A model generated the notes under the pieces. It was not told where the DNA came from. It did no database searches and saw only the letters and a list, made by a program, of their open reading frames with translations. From the NCBI GenBank assembly GCA_963730185.1, contig CAVSQW010000002.1, positions 190,442 through 254,441 on the forward strand: a stretch of 64,000 nt of DNA, written 5' to 3'. This DNA comes from an uncultured Gemmatimonadales bacterium (lineage in GTDB: Bacteria; Gemmatimonadota; Gemmatimonadetes; Gemmatimonadales; GWC2-71-9). How positions within the stretch are numbered: position 1 is the stretch's first letter; every line of letters begins with the position of its first letter. A program made the translations under genes and the position numbers. This document shows positions 21,246 to 31,933 of this stretch, in pieces.

Positions 21246-21451
21246 CCTTCCAGATCCCGGGCCCGAACGACTGCTTCCTGACCGGCTTCTGCGGCGCCGC
21301 GCGTGACCAGGTGGGGCCGCCGCCGGGCCTGATGTTCCTGGCCCTCGGGTTGATCGGTCTCGGGGTGGCGATCCTGGTTGCCGAGCGGCGCCGAACCGCC
21401 GCCGGCCGTCGGGGCGGGGAGGACCGGGAAGACCTCCACCGCGAGAGGTGA
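21242..21451 (+). CDS. Small single-TM protein (69 aa)
   Basis: ATGA overlap with upstream stop; Cx5C, PPP, hydrophobic helix, then RRR. Confidence 0.55.
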   Translation: MTFQIPGPNDCFLTGFCGAARDQVGPPPGLMFLALGLIGLGVAILVAERRRTAAGRRGGEDREDLHRER

Positions 21452-21739
21452 CTCCGGCCCGAGTCGGCCGACAAGTCGCGGCTTCATCATCCTCTTGCAG
21501 CGGGTGCGGCCACGAGCCTCCGGCGGCGCCGCCGCTTGCCGAGGGCGGGGCCTGCATCGGGCTCAACTCGCGGCGCCCGACGCACATCGCCCGGCCGGCC
21601 GATTCCAGCGGCGCGATCGCCGCGAACGACGGATTCAGGCCCGGCATGGGCTCGAGCCCAAGTCCGGCCGAAGTCCCATAAGCCGACCCAGCGCAACCGT
21701 TTGCGCCATTATTCGGCGCCCGCCAGCGATTTCGGGGAA

Positions 21740-21768
21740 TTGACAGAACCTGGGGCCGCCCGCATTCT
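21740..21768 (+). promoter_or_regulatory. Candidate sigma70 promoter of topA
   Basis: TTGACA-N17-CATTCT. Confidence 0.55.
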
Positions 21769-21857
21769 GTTGGCCCTGACGGAGCCAGGGGCACCACGAT
21801 TGCAGCGGCGCCTCCGCCGGCCCTCGTGTCCCCGACTCCAGCAGCTGAAAGGAAGGC

Positions 21858-24626
21858 ATGGCCAGCCTCGTCATCGTCGAATCGCCTACCAAGGCGCGTA
21901 CCATTCGGGAGTTCCTCCCGCGCGGATATAAGGTCGTGGCGTCGATGGGGCACATCCGGGACCTCCCCGATCGGGCTTCCGACATCCCCGCCAAGTTCAA
22001 GGGCGAAGAGTGGAGCCGCCTCGGCGTCAACGTGGAGAAGGCGTTCGAGCCCCTCTACGTCATCCCGTCGGACAAGCGCCAGGTGGTGCGGGAACTCAAG
22101 GCGGCTCTCGAAGATGCCGACGAGCTGATCCTCGCGACGGACGAAGACCGGGAGGGCGAGAGCATCTCCTGGCATCTGACCCAGGTGCTGAAGCCCAAGG
22201 TTCCGGTCAAGCGAATGGTCTTCCACGAGATCACTCGCGAGGCGATCCGCGACGCGCTGGCCGATACCCGGACGATCGACGACAAGCTGGTGCGCGCCCA
22301 GGAAACCCGGCGTGTCCTCGACCGCCTCTATGGTTACACGCTGTCGCCGCTGCTTTGGAAGAAGATCGCGTACGGGCTGTCGGCCGGTCGGGTCCAGTCG
22401 GTGGCGGTCCGGCTCCTGGTCATGCGGGAGCGCGAGCGTCGGGCCTTCCGGCCGGCGACCTATTGGGACCTCAAGGCCACGCTGTCGCACGACGATCAGG
22501 ACTTCGAGGCGCAGCTGACCGCGCTGGGGGGCCGGAAGATCGCGAGCGGCAAGGACTTCGACGAGCGCACGGGGAAGCTGGAAGCGGGAAGGATGTGGTC
22601 CTCCTCCACGGGGCCGGCGGCCGAGTCGTTGGTGGAGCGGCTCCGGCGGGGCAGCTGGCGGGTCAGGGCGGCGGAAGAGAAGCCGTTCGTCCGGCGGCCC
22701 GCGCCGCCCTTCATCACCTCGACGCTCCAGCAGGAGGCCAATCGGAAGCTCCGGCTCTCGGCCCGGGAGACGATGCGGGCGGCGCAGAAGCTCTACGAAG
22801 AGGGCTTCATCACCTACATGCGAACCGACTCGGTTCACCTCTCTACCCAGGCGCTCACCGCGGCCCGGGAGTCGGTGGACCGGCTCTACGGTAAGGCCTA
22901 TCTGCCCGAGAAACCCCGGAACTACGTCACCAAGAACGCGTCGGCGCAGGAGGCCCACGAGGCCATCCGTCCCGCCGGCGAGCACTTCCGGACGCCGGAA
23001 GAGACCGGCCTCGGCGGCCGCGAGCTGGCGCTCTACGACCTGATCTGGAAGCGGACCGTCGCGTCGCAGATGCCGGACGCCCGGCTCACCAGCATGGCGG
23101 TGACGCTCGAGGTCGAGAACGCCACCTTCCGCGCCTCGGGCAAGCGGATCGACTTCCCAGGCTTTCTCCGGGCCTACGTCGAGGGGTCGGACGATCCCGA
23201 CGCCGCGCTCGAGGATCAGGAGGTGATCCTGCCCAACCTCGAGGTCGGCGACGAGCCGGCCTGCCGCGAGCTGGAGGCGGTGTCGCACGAGACCCAGCCG
23301 CCGGCCCGGTTTACGGAGGCGAGCCTGGTCAAGGAGCTCGAGGCCGACGGGATCGGCCGACCCAGCACCTACGCCAGCATCATCGACACCGTGATCGACC
23401 GGGGCTACGTCCAGAAGCAGGGGCAGGCCCTGGTGCCGACCCTGACGGCGTTCGGGGTGACCAATCTGCTGGAGCATCACTTCCCGGAGCTGGTCGACCT
23501 CAAGTTCACGGCCGGGATGGAGCAGACCCTCGACGACATCTCGGAGGGCCACGCCCAGTGGCTGCCGTACCTGGAGGAGTTCTACCTCGGGCGGGACGGG
23601 CTCCGGCAGCGGGTCGAGACCCGGGAAAAGAAGATCGATCCCGCCGATGCCCGCACCGTGCCGCTCTCCGGCCTCGATCGGGCGAGCATTCGGCTGGGCC
23701 GGTTCGGACCGTACGTCGAGGTGGCCCGGAACGGCGAGACGCTCCGGGCCTCGCTGCCGCGGGACACGCCCCCGGCCGAGCTGAGCGTCGAGCGGATCGA
23801 GGAGATTCTCCGGCGAAAGGCCGAGGGGCCCGAGATCGTCGGGCACCATCCCAAGACCAACGAAGCCATCCTCCTGCTCGACGGTCAGTACGGCCCCTAC
23901 GTCCAGCTGGGGACGGTCACCGACTCGAATCCGAAGCCCAAGCGGGCCTCGCTCCCCAAGGGGGTCAAGCCCGAAGACGTGACCCTCGCGATGGCGGTCG
24001 GGCTCCTCGCGCTGCCCCGGTTCCTCGGGATGCACCCCGAGAACGGCGGGAAGATCTTCGCGGGGCAGGGACGGTTCGGCCCGTACATCGTCAACGACAT
24101 GGGCACGCCCGGGAAGGACTACCGGTCGCTCAAGGGCGACGATCACGTGCTCACGGTCACGTTGGATCGGGCGCTCGAGTTGCTGGCCCAACCCAAGCAG
24201 AGCCGGGGCCGCCGGGGCGCCCCCGCGCCGATCCGGGTGGTGGGGAGTCACCCCGAAGACGGCGAGCCGATCGGGCTCTACGACGGCCGCTACGGACCCT
24301 ACGTGAAGCACGGCGAGATCAGCGCCTCGGTGCCGAAGGGCACCGAGCTGGAGAAGATCACGGTGGAGGAAGCGGTCGACTGGATCGCGGCCCGCGCCGC
24401 GATGCAGCCGGCCAAGAAGGGCGCCCGTCGGGGGGCGGCGCGGGGCACCCGCGCCAAGGCCTCGACCGGGTCGGAAACCGAGAGCCCGGCCAAGGCCAAG
24501 AGCAAGACCCGGTCGAAGGCCAAGACGAAGGTGAAGGACCCGGACCCGATGACCAGCAAGGTCAAGAAGGCCAAGAGCGGCCGCCGCACCAAGGCCGCCA
24601 CCCGCACGACTGGGCGCAAGGCCTAG
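21858..24626 (+). CDS. topA: DNA topoisomerase I (type IA) with C-terminal repeats and Lys-rich tail
   Basis: [50 protein letters not shown]-type repeats. Confidence 0.97.
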   Translation: MASLVIVESPTKARTIREFLPRGYKVVASMGHIRDLPDRASDIPAKFKGEEWSRLGVNVEKAFEPLYVIPSDKRQVVRELKAALEDADELILATDEDREGESISWHLTQVLKPKVPVKRMVFHEITREAIRDALADTRTIDDKLVRAQETRRVLDRLYGYTLSPLLWKKIAYGLSAGRVQSVAVRLLVMRERERRAFRPATYWDLKATLSHDDQDFEAQLTALGGRKIASGKDFDERTGKLEAGRMWSSSTGPAAESLVERLRRGSWRVRAAEEKPFVRRPAPPFITSTLQQEANRKLRLSARETMRAAQKLYEEGFITYMRTDSVHLSTQALTAARESVDRLYGKAYLPEKPRNYVTKNASAQEAHEAIRPAGEHFRTPEETGLGGRELALYDLIWKRTVASQMPDARLTSMAVTLEVENATFRASGKRIDFPGFLRAYVEGSDDPDAALEDQEVILPNLEVGDEPACRELEAVSHETQPPARFTEASLVKELEADGIGRPSTYASIIDTVIDRGYVQKQGQALVPTLTAFGVTNLLEHHFPELVDLKFTAGMEQTLDDISEGHAQWLPYLEEFYLGRDGLRQRVETREKKIDPADARTVPLSGLDRASIRLGRFGPYVEVARNGETLRASLPRDTPPAELSVERIEEILRRKAEGPEIVGHHPKTNEAILLLDGQYGPYVQLGTVTDSNPKPKRASLPKGVKPEDVTLAMAVGLLALPRFLGMHPENGGKIFAGQGRFGPYIVNDMGTPGKDYRSLKGDDHVLTVTLDRALELLAQPKQSRGRRGAPAPIRVVGSHPEDGEPIGLYDGRYGPYVKHGEISASVPKGTELEKITVEEAVDWIAARAAMQPAKKGARRGAARGTRAKASTGSETESPAKAKSKTRSKAKTKVKDPDPMTSKVKKAKSGRRTKAATRTTGRKA

Positions 24627-24755
24627 CACCACATCCAGCGGAGCGGGCCGGGCTCTCCGTGGCCCGGCCGTCGGGAGGCTCCTATTACGCCGCTGAACGG
24701 GACCTCGATCCCGCCTCGGGCTCCGGCGCCTCGTCGGGGCCGTCTCGCCGGAGGC

Positions 24756-27140
24756 GTGCTGGCCGCCGCGCTCATGGTCGCGGCCGATCAGGTCGGCCGG
24801 GCCACGACTCCGCCCGGAGCGGTGCCCGTCTGGTATCCGGCGGCGGGGGTGGTCCTCGCGCTGGTGGCGCTGGGGGGATGGCGAACCGTCTGGGTCACCA
24901 TCCTCGCGGCTCTCGTCATCGGTCTCCTGCCGGGCGGGACCGGTCTACTCAACCTTCCGCTCCTGATCGCCCTGGCGGCCGCGGCCCACCTGCTGGTCGC
25001 CCTGGTCAATCGCGGCATTCTCCGACTGGACCTCGCCCTCGGGACGATGCGCGACGCGGTCGCGCTCGGACTCCTGTGCGTGATCGGGCCGGCCATCTTT
25101 CGGCTGCTGTCGCTGGCGGTGACCGGCTGTCTCTTCCATCCCGGTGCGGCTTGCGTCCAGCCCCAGTTCGAGCGCTGGCTGGCCGACCTCACCGGAGCCG
25201 CGACGGTCACCCCCTTCCTGCTCGCGTTCCCGGGTCTCCTGCCCGGGTTGGGCTCGCCCCGGCCCTTGCCGACCACCCCCGGCGCGTGGCGGCGGGGAGT
25301 TGCCGGGGTGGCCCTCGCCGTGGCGCTGGCCATCGGGATCATCGCGGTCGACGCCTCGCTCCCCAGTCACGCGATCTCGGTCCTCCTGTTCGTGCCGGTG
25401 GCCTGGATGGCCATCAGCCTGGACCTCCGGGGAGCGACCATCGGGCTCCTCCTCACCACCCTGTTCTTTGCCGCCGCCGAGCGGACCGCCGGTCCCCTCC
25501 TGGGCTCGGAGCTGAGCGACCGAATCTTCCTGGTCGCCCTGAGCGGCGCCGGACTCATCCTCGGGCTGCTCGCCGAGCACCGGAACCGGGTCGAACGGCA
25601 GCTCCGGCTCAGCAAGGCCCGCTACCGGCTGATCGCCGACCACTCCGGCGACGTCGTCGTGCTCCTCGATCAGGCCCGGATGTGCCGCTACGTGTCGCCC
25701 TCGATCGAGGCCCTGTTCGGCTGGCGGCCCGAGGAGATCGCCGACCAGCCGCTCGCCGGGATTCTCCATCCTGACGACGCCCAGCGACTGCCGTCGCTCC
25801 TCGCGCCCCAGAGCGGCGAACCGGTCCTCATCCGGGTCCGCGGGGCGGACGACGAGTATCGGTGGGTGGAGTGGACCGTCCGCCCGTTCGCCGATCCGGC
25901 CCGGCCCGCGGAGCAGCTGCTGGTGGTCACCGGGCGCGACGTGACCGATCGGCAGCGTCTCGAAGAGACGCTCCGTCAGTCGCAGAAGCTCGAGAGCGTC
26001 GGGAGGCTGGCCGGCGGGATCGCCCACGACTTCAACAATCTGCTCACCGCCGTGTTGGGCCACGCCGACCTGCTCGAGAGCGAGCCTGGGGTGAGCGGGC
26101 CGATCACCGAGCACGTGACCGAGATCCGCCGCGCGTCGGAGCGGGCGGCTCAGCTCACCCGGCAGCTCCTGGCCTTTGCCCGGCGGCAGCCGGCGGAGCC
26201 TCGGGCCGTGAGCTCGGGGCCGACCCTCGTTGGGGTGGAAGGGCTTCTGGGCCGGCTGCTGGGCGAGGACGTCCGGTTCACCACCCGGCTGGCCGGCGAC
26301 CTCTGGGCGGTGCGGGTGGATCCGGTGCAGCTCGAGCAGGTGCTGGTCAACCTGGCGGTCAACGCCCGGGACGCGATGCCCGACGGCGGCCAGCTGGTGA
26401 TCGCGGCCGAGAACGCCACCGTAACCCGGGGACGGAGCGCCCCACCCGGGCTCGAGCCCGGCGAGTACGTGGAGATCCGGGTTCGGGACACCGGCCAAGG
26501 CATGGCGCCGGAAGTACTGGACCGGGCGTTCGAGCCCTTCTTCACCACCAAGGAAGTGGGGAAGGGAACCGGGTTGGGTCTCGCCGTCTGCCACGGCATC
26601 GTGCGGCAGGCCGGTGGGCAGATCCTGGCTGAGAGTGAGGTCGGGGTCGGAACCGCGGTCCGGGTGTTCCTGCCGCGGGCCGGCTTCGCGGCCGAGCCGG
26701 AGCCGGCGATCCCCGATCGGCTGGCCGCGCCGGGCACTGGCGAGACCATCCTCCTGGTGGAAGACGAGGCTCAGGTCCGCCGCCTGGCGAGCCGGGTTCT
26801 CCGGGGCCGGGGCTACCGGGTGCTGGAGGCGGCGAATGGGCAACAGGCGCTCGAGCTGGCCGAGGCTCACACCGGGGTCATCGCTCTGTTGGTCTCGGAC
26901 GTGGTGATGCCGGGGCTGTCGGGGCCCGTGCTCGCCGAGCGGCTGGAGCAGCGGCGCGGGGTGCTACCGGTGCTCTTCGTGTCCGGCTTTTCCGATAGCG
27001 GTCCGGCGGTTGCCAACGGGCGGACGGGACCGGCCGGATTCCTGCCCAAGCCCTACTCGCCGGACGTCCTGGCGGGGCGGGTCCGGGAGATGCTCGATCA
27101 GAGCTGCGCGGGGCGGCCGGCCGAGCGGGCCGTTACTTGA
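24756..27140 (+). CDS. MASE1-PAS hybrid sensor histidine kinase/receiver (start uncertain)
   Basis: N-terminal TMs with VWYPAAG; PAS; AHDFNN; EPFFTTK; receiver SDVVMP. Confidence 0.9.
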   Translation: MLAAALMVAADQVGRATTPPGAVPVWYPAAGVVLALVALGGWRTVWVTILAALVIGLLPGGTGLLNLPLLIALAAAAHLLVALVNRGILRLDLALGTMRDAVALGLLCVIGPAIFRLLSLAVTGCLFHPGAACVQPQFERWLADLTGAATVTPFLLAFPGLLPGLGSPRPLPTTPGAWRRGVAGVALAVALAIGIIAVDASLPSHAISVLLFVPVAWMAISLDLRGATIGLLLTTLFFAAAERTAGPLLGSELSDRIFLVALSGAGLILGLLAEHRNRVERQLRLSKARYRLIADHSGDVVVLLDQARMCRYVSPSIEALFGWRPEEIADQPLAGILHPDDAQRLPSLLAPQSGEPVLIRVRGADDEYRWVEWTVRPFADPARPAEQLLVVTGRDVTDRQRLEETLRQSQKLESVGRLAGGIAHDFNNLLTAVLGHADLLESEPGVSGPITEHVTEIRRASERAAQLTRQLLAFARRQPAEPRAVSSGPTLVGVEGLLGRLLGEDVRFTTRLAGDLWAVRVDPVQLEQVLVNLAVNARDAMPDGGQLVIAAENATVTRGRSAPPGLEPGEYVEIRVRDTGQGMAPEVLDRAFEPFFTTKEVGKGTGLGLAVCHGIVRQAGGQILAESEVGVGTAVRVFLPRAGFAAEPEPAIPDRLAAPGTGETILLVEDEAQVRRLASRVLRGRGYRVLEAANGQQALELAEAHTGVIALLVSDVVMPGLSGPVLAERLEQRRGVLPVLFVSGFSDSGPAVANGRTGPAGFLPKPYSPDVLAGRVREMLDQSCAGRPAERAVT

Positions 27141-27184
27141 CCATCGATCGTAAGCTGCCTTAATTCAGCCGCTTACGAGTTCCC

Positions 27185-27272
27185 GGACAGGTGCTCGAGT
27201 GGTTGAAGAGGCACGCCTGGAAAGCGTGTATACGTCTCAAGCGTATCGTGGGTTCGAATCCCACCCTGTCCG
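27185..27272 (+). tRNA. tRNA-Ser (anticodon GGA), CCA not encoded
   Basis: Acceptor GGACAGG/CCTGTCC, anticodon arm CACGC-CTGGAAA-GCGTG, long variable arm, GGTTCGAATCC T-arm. Confidence 0.96.
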
Positions 27273-27326
27273 TTTAGAACCACCCTCCCGCCTCCGGCGT
27301 TATTAGGTTATCAGAGCGGAGGAGCC

Positions 27327-28244
27327 ATGCTGATCAAACGCCCGCCCGACATCCCGACCTGGGAAGTGACCGACGAGGGGCTCTACCTCAATCGCCGGGA
27401 GTGGTTGGCCGCGGCCGGCCTGACCATGGCGGCGGCCGCCGTCCCCTGGCGCGCCTGCGAGGCGCTGGGCCTCGGTCGCGGCCAGGGCGACGACAAGCCC
27501 ACGCCGTACGACGTGGTGACTACCTACAACAATTTCTACGAGTTCGGTACCGGGAAGGACGATCCGGCGGAGAATGCCCACACCCTCCGGCCCAGGCCGT
27601 GGAGCGTGACGGTGGAGGGCCCGGCCAAGATGACCGGCACCTTCGATGTCGACGACCTCCTCAAGGGCCTCCCGATCGTGGACCGGACCTACCGGATGCG
27701 GTGCGTCGAGGCCTGGTCGATGGTGGTGCCCTGGCGCGGCGTGCCGATGGCCGAGCTGATGAAGCGGCTCGAGCCCGAGAGCAAGGCCAAGTTCGTGTCG
27801 TTCACGACCCTGCTCGATCCCGGGCAGATGCCGGGGCAACGGAGCCGGGTCCTCGACTGGCCCTACACCGAGGGCCTCCGGATGGACGAGGCGATGCACC
27901 CGCTGACCCTGATGGTCACCGGCGTGTACGGGAAGACGCTCCCGAACCAGAACGGCGCCCCGATCCGGCTGGTGGTGCCTTGGAAGTACGGGTTCAAGGG
28001 CGGGAAGAGCATCGTCAAGATCAGCTTCCTCGAGCAGAAGCCCGAGACCACCTGGCACCTGGCCGCGCCCGACGAGTACGGCTTTTACGCCAACGTCAAT
28101 CCGACCGTGGACCACCCCCGGTGGAGTCAAGCCACCGAGCGGCGGCTGGGCGAGTTCTTCAAGCGGAAGACGCTGATGTTCAACGGCTACGCCGATCAGG
28201 TGGCAAGCCTCTACGGCGACATGGACCTCCGGGTCAACTTCTGA
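27327..28244 (+). CDS. msrP: Protein-methionine-sulfoxide reductase catalytic subunit
   Basis: Tat motif [37 protein letters not shown]. Confidence 0.96.
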   Translation: MLIKRPPDIPTWEVTDEGLYLNRREWLAAAGLTMAAAAVPWRACEALGLGRGQGDDKPTPYDVVTTYNNFYEFGTGKDDPAENAHTLRPRPWSVTVEGPAKMTGTFDVDDLLKGLPIVDRTYRMRCVEAWSMVVPWRGVPMAELMKRLEPESKAKFVSFTTLLDPGQMPGQRSRVLDWPYTEGLRMDEAMHPLTLMVTGVYGKTLPNQNGAPIRLVVPWKYGFKGGKSIVKISFLEQKPETTWHLAAPDEYGFYANVNPTVDHPRWSQATERRLGEFFKRKTLMFNGYADQVASLYGDMDLRVNF

Positions 28245-28251
28245 GGCGCGT

Positions 28252-28881
28252 TTGACCGAAGCGCGCTTCATCCGGTGGGTGCTCAAGCCGCTGGTCTGGA
28301 TCGCCTGCCTCGGGCCCCTCGCCTGGCTGGTGCGGGGTTTCTTCACCGGCGATCTCGGCGCCGATCCGGTCAAGACCCTGACCCACACCACGGGCCTCTC
28401 GGCTCTGGTGATTCTGCTCTGCACCTTGGCGGTCACCCCGATCCGGCGGGTTACCCGCTGGAACGGGATCGTCAAGCTCCGCCGGCTCTCGGGCAACTTC
28501 GCGTTCTTCTACGCCCTGATCCACTTTCTGATCTACGCAGTCTTCGATCATCGGCTCTCGGTGACCGAGATCAGCGAAGACATCGGGAAACACCCCTGGG
28601 TGCTGGTCGGCTTCAGCGCCTTCGTGATCCTCACGGTGCTGGCGGCCACCTCGCCCCGGGCCGCCGTCCGGAAGCTCGGCCAGCGCTGGCAGAAGCTCCA
28701 TCGCCTGGTCTATGCGGCCGCCGTGCTCGCCGTGCTCCACTTCCTCTGGCTGGTGAAGAAGGACACCACCGAGCCCCTGACCTACGGCGCCATCCTGGCC
28801 GTGCTGCTGGCCTTCCGCCTCCTTCCTTGGGCTGCGCGGCGGAGGGCGGCGACGCCGCGGGTAGTGAGTAGTGACTCGTGA
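28252..28881 (+). CDS. msrQ: MsrP heme-binding membrane partner
   Basis: LGADPV, TLAVTP, RRLSG, HFLIY, WQKLHRLVY; follows msrP. Confidence 0.93.
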   Translation: MTEARFIRWVLKPLVWIACLGPLAWLVRGFFTGDLGADPVKTLTHTTGLSALVILLCTLAVTPIRRVTRWNGIVKLRRLSGNFAFFYALIHFLIYAVFDHRLSVTEISEDIGKHPWVLVGFSAFVILTVLAATSPRAAVRKLGQRWQKLHRLVYAAAVLAVLHFLWLVKKDTTEPLTYGAILAVLLAFRLLPWAARRRAATPRVVSSDS

Positions 28882-28998
28882 GTAGGGAGTGAGTCGTGAG
28901 TCGGGAGTAGGGCCCAACCGACTCCCCAATCACTCCCCTACTCCCAACTCCCAGCTCACTCCCTACTCCCTACTCCCAACTCACGAGTCACTACTCAC
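28861..28998. repeat. Heptamer-repeat inverted element, copy 1
   Basis: Left arm GTAGTGA GTAGTGA CTCGTGA GTAGGGA...; right arm TCCCTAC/TCCCAAC units; perfect 20-bp IR 28864-28883 / 28979-28998. Confidence 0.9.
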
Positions 28999-29053
28999 GC
29001 CAACGAGCAAAGCTTGCTTCGCTCGTTGGCACGGGCTAGCTTCCCCGCCCGGC

Positions 29054-29590
29054 ATGCCGATTACCCGCCGGATCCTCGATGAACGAGCCATGGGCCGTGC
29101 GCTTCTGCGCATGGCCACCGAGATTGTGGAGCGCTGTCAGGGCACCGACGGACTCCTCCTCGTGGGCATTCAGCGCCGCGGGGTGGAGCTCGCCTCGCGG
29201 CTCGCGAAGCTGATCGAGCGGACCGAAGGCCGGGCCATCCCCCTCGGGAAGCTGGACATCACCCTCTATCGCGACGACCTCCAGTCGATCGGGCCCCGGC
29301 CCGTCGTGGGGGAGACCGATTTGCCCCGCGAGCTCGAGGGCCGCACCGTCGTGATCGTCGACGACGTGCTCTACACCGGCCGCACCATTCGCGCGGCGCT
29401 CGACGAGCTGGCCGATTTCGGCCGGCCCCGACGGATCCTCCTCTGCGTTCTCGTCGACCGGGGCGGGCGCGAACTGCCCATCCATCCCGACATCGTGGGC
29501 CTCACCCAGAGCACCGTCGCCGGCGAGCGGGTCGACGTGATGGTTCGGGAGCGCGACGGCGAGGACGGCGTGGATCTGGTGACCCCGTGA
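29054..29590 (+). CDS. pyrR: Bifunctional pyr operon regulator / uracil phosphoribosyltransferase
   Basis: [34 protein letters not shown]. Confidence 0.96.
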   Translation: MPITRRILDERAMGRALLRMATEIVERCQGTDGLLLVGIQRRGVELASRLAKLIERTEGRAIPLGKLDITLYRDDLQSIGPRPVVGETDLPRELEGRTVVIVDDVLYTGRTIRAALDELADFGRPRRILLCVLVDRGGRELPIHPDIVGLTQSTVAGERVDVMVRERDGEDGVDLVTP

Positions 29591-30555
29591 CGGCTCCGCG
29601 GATGGCGCCGCTCGGCAAGGACCTGATCGGGCTCGAGGAGCTGAGCGCCGACCAGATCCGGCTCATCCTCGACACCGCGGAACCCTTCAAAGAGGTCAGC
29701 GAGCGGTCGATCAAGAAGGTGCCGGCCCTCCGGGGAAAGACGATCGTCAACCTCTTCTTCGAGGCCTCCACCCGGACCCGGATCTCCTTCGAGTTCGCCG
29801 AGAAGCGACTGTCCGCCGACACCGTGAACGTGGCGGCCCAGGGCAGCTCGGTCGCCAAGGGCGAGACCCTGGTGGACACCGCCCGGAACCTGGAGGCGAT
29901 GCGGATCGACATGGTCGTGATCCGCCACTCGGCCAGCGGCGCGGCCCGGTTCCTCGGCGAGCGGATCCGATCCAACGTCATCAATGCCGGGGACGGGAAG
30001 CACGAGCATCCGACCCAGGGCCTCCTCGACCTCCTCACCCTCCGCGACAAATTCGGGAAGATCGAGGGACTCAAGGTGGCCATCTGCGGCGACGTGCTCC
30101 ACAGCCGGGTCGCCCGGAGCAACGTCTGGGGGCTGCTCAAGCTGGGCGCCGAGGTAGCCGTGTGCGGCCCGCCGACCCTGCTGCCCAAGGGGCTCGAGAG
30201 CCTGGGCGTGACCGTGCTCCATCACATCGAGGACGCCATCGCCTGGGCCGACGCCCTGAACGTGCTCCGGCTCCAGTTGGAGCGGATGCAGGGCGGGTTC
30301 GTCCCCTCGCTCCGGGAGTACAACCGGATCTTCGGGGTGACCCGGGAGCGGCTCGAGCGGGCCCCGCACGACCTGGTGATCCTCCACCCCGGGCCGATGA
30401 ACCGGGGGGTCGAGATCGACAGCGACGTGGCCGACGGACCCCACAGCCTGATTCTTCCCCAGGTGACCAACGGCGTGGCCGTGCGGATGGCGGCGCTCTA
30501 CCTCCTCGCAGGCGGCTCGCCCGAGTGGCGGGCGCAACCCACGGACGAGCGATGA
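29587..30555 (+). CDS. pyrB: Aspartate carbamoyltransferase catalytic subunit
   Basis: [22 protein letters not shown]. Confidence 0.97.
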   Translation: MTAPRMAPLGKDLIGLEELSADQIRLILDTAEPFKEVSERSIKKVPALRGKTIVNLFFEASTRTRISFEFAEKRLSADTVNVAAQGSSVAKGETLVDTARNLEAMRIDMVVIRHSASGAARFLGERIRSNVINAGDGKHEHPTQGLLDLLTLRDKFGKIEGLKVAICGDVLHSRVARSNVWGLLKLGAEVAVCGPPTLLPKGLESLGVTVLHHIEDAIAWADALNVLRLQLERMQGGFVPSLREYNRIFGVTRERLERAPHDLVILHPGPMNRGVEIDSDVADGPHSLILPQVTNGVAVRMAALYLLAGGSPEWRAQPTDER

Positions 30556-31853
30556 ACCCTCTTCTGATCGCCGGCGGCCGGGTGATCGACCCCTCCCGCC
30601 AGACCGACGGGGTCGCCGACCTGCTGATCGTCGACGGCAAGATCGAAGCGGTGGGCCGGAACATTCCCACCCCCGAGGGCGCTCGGCGGATCGATGCCGC
30701 GGGGAAGGTGGTCTGCCCCGGGCTGATCGACGTCCACGTCCACCTCCGGGAGCCGGGCCAGGAGCACATGGAGACGATCGCGACCGGGGCCCGGGCCGCG
30801 GTCGGCGGCGGCTTCACGGCCGTGTGCGCGATGCCCAACACCGATCCGGTGATCGACAACCAGGCGGCGGTGGGGTTCGTGGTCCGCCAGGCGATCCGGG
30901 CCGGGATGGCCCGGGTCTACCCGATCGGATGCATCTCGCTGGGCCAGAAGGGACAGCAGCTGGCGGAGTTCGGCGAGATGGTCGGGGCGGGAGCCGTCGC
31001 CGTGAGCGACGACGGGCACCCCGTGGTGTCGAGCCAGCTGATGCGGACGGCCCTCGAGTACGCCCAGGTGTTCGGGATCCCGGTGGCCGATCACTGCGAG
31101 GATCCCACCCTGTCCGAGGGCGGGGCGATGCACGAGGGGGTGGTGTCTACCCGGCTCGGACTCAAGGGGATCCCGTCGGCGGCCGAGGAGATCATGGTGG
31201 CCCGGGACATCATCCTGAGCGAGTTGACGGGCGGCCATATTCACCTCTGTCACATGTCCACACGGGGCTCAGTCGATTTGATCAGGTGGGCCAAGGACAA
31301 AGGGTTACGGGTCACTGCCGAGGCCACGCCGCATCACTTCGCCCTCACCCACGACCGCTGTGAGGGCTACGACACCAACGCCAAGATGAACCCCCCGCTC
31401 CGGGAGGCGGAGGACCGCGAGGCGATCCGGGAGGCGCTTCGGGACGGCACGATCGACGTGATCGCGACCGACCACGCGCCCCACCACTACGACACCAAGC
31501 AGCGGGAGTTCGACGACGCCCCGAACGGGATCGTGGGCCTGGAGACCGCGTTCGGGATCGGGATGCGGGAGCTGGTGGGCGCGGGGTACGTCTCGCTGCC
31601 CGATTTGATCGCCCGGATGAGCAGCATTCCGGCCCGGATCTTCAAGCTGCCGGGCGGCACGCTGGCGGTCGGGGCACCGGCCGACGTGGCCGTTTTCGAC
31701 CCGGAAGTGTCGTGGGTGGTTCGGGCCGAAGAATTGCGGTCGAAGAGCGCGAACAGCCCGTTTCTGGGGGAGACTCTGGTGGGACGGGCCGATTTGACCG
31801 TGGTCGGGGGACGGCTGGTATTCGAGCGAGGTGTCGAGAATCCCGACGCCTAG
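30552..31853 (+). CDS. pyrC: Dihydroorotase
   Basis: [27 protein letters not shown]. Confidence 0.96.
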   Translation: MNPLLIAGGRVIDPSRQTDGVADLLIVDGKIEAVGRNIPTPEGARRIDAAGKVVCPGLIDVHVHLREPGQEHMETIATGARAAVGGGFTAVCAMPNTDPVIDNQAAVGFVVRQAIRAGMARVYPIGCISLGQKGQQLAEFGEMVGAGAVAVSDDGHPVVSSQLMRTALEYAQVFGIPVADHCEDPTLSEGGAMHEGVVSTRLGLKGIPSAAEEIMVARDIILSELTGGHIHLCHMSTRGSVDLIRWAKDKGLRVTAEATPHHFALTHDRCEGYDTNAKMNPPLREAEDREAIREALRDGTIDVIATDHAPHHYDTKQREFDDAPNGIVGLETAFGIGMRELVGAGYVSLPDLIARMSSIPARIFKLPGGTLAVGAPADVAVFDPEVSWVVRAEELRSKSANSPFLGETLVGRADLTVVGGRLVFERGVENPDA

Positions 31854-31933
31854 CTTTCTAACGTGTTTCGGGATCGAATTTTCGGCCTTATCTTCCCCAA
31901 GATGAGCCTCGCGTACGCTGGTGGAGCCCTGCA

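Noticed and set aside
21452..21739. ncRNA or small ORF between the mini-protein and topA
   Set aside because: No convincing coding signal or recognisable RNA motif
16695..24632. 2645-aa minus-strand ORF
   Set aside because: Antisense shadow of topA, the kinase and neighbours in GC-rich DNA; only the last ~200 codons (ECF sigma) look like a real protein
27185..27330. tRNA-Ser as an integration site
   Set aside because: No integrase and no duplicated tRNA 3' end noticed in the window
28861..28998. Possible CRISPR array or PyrR attenuator
   Set aside because: No constant repeat with unique spacers and no cas genes; no recognisable PyrR-binding loop, and a related element occurs at 50826 away from pyr genes
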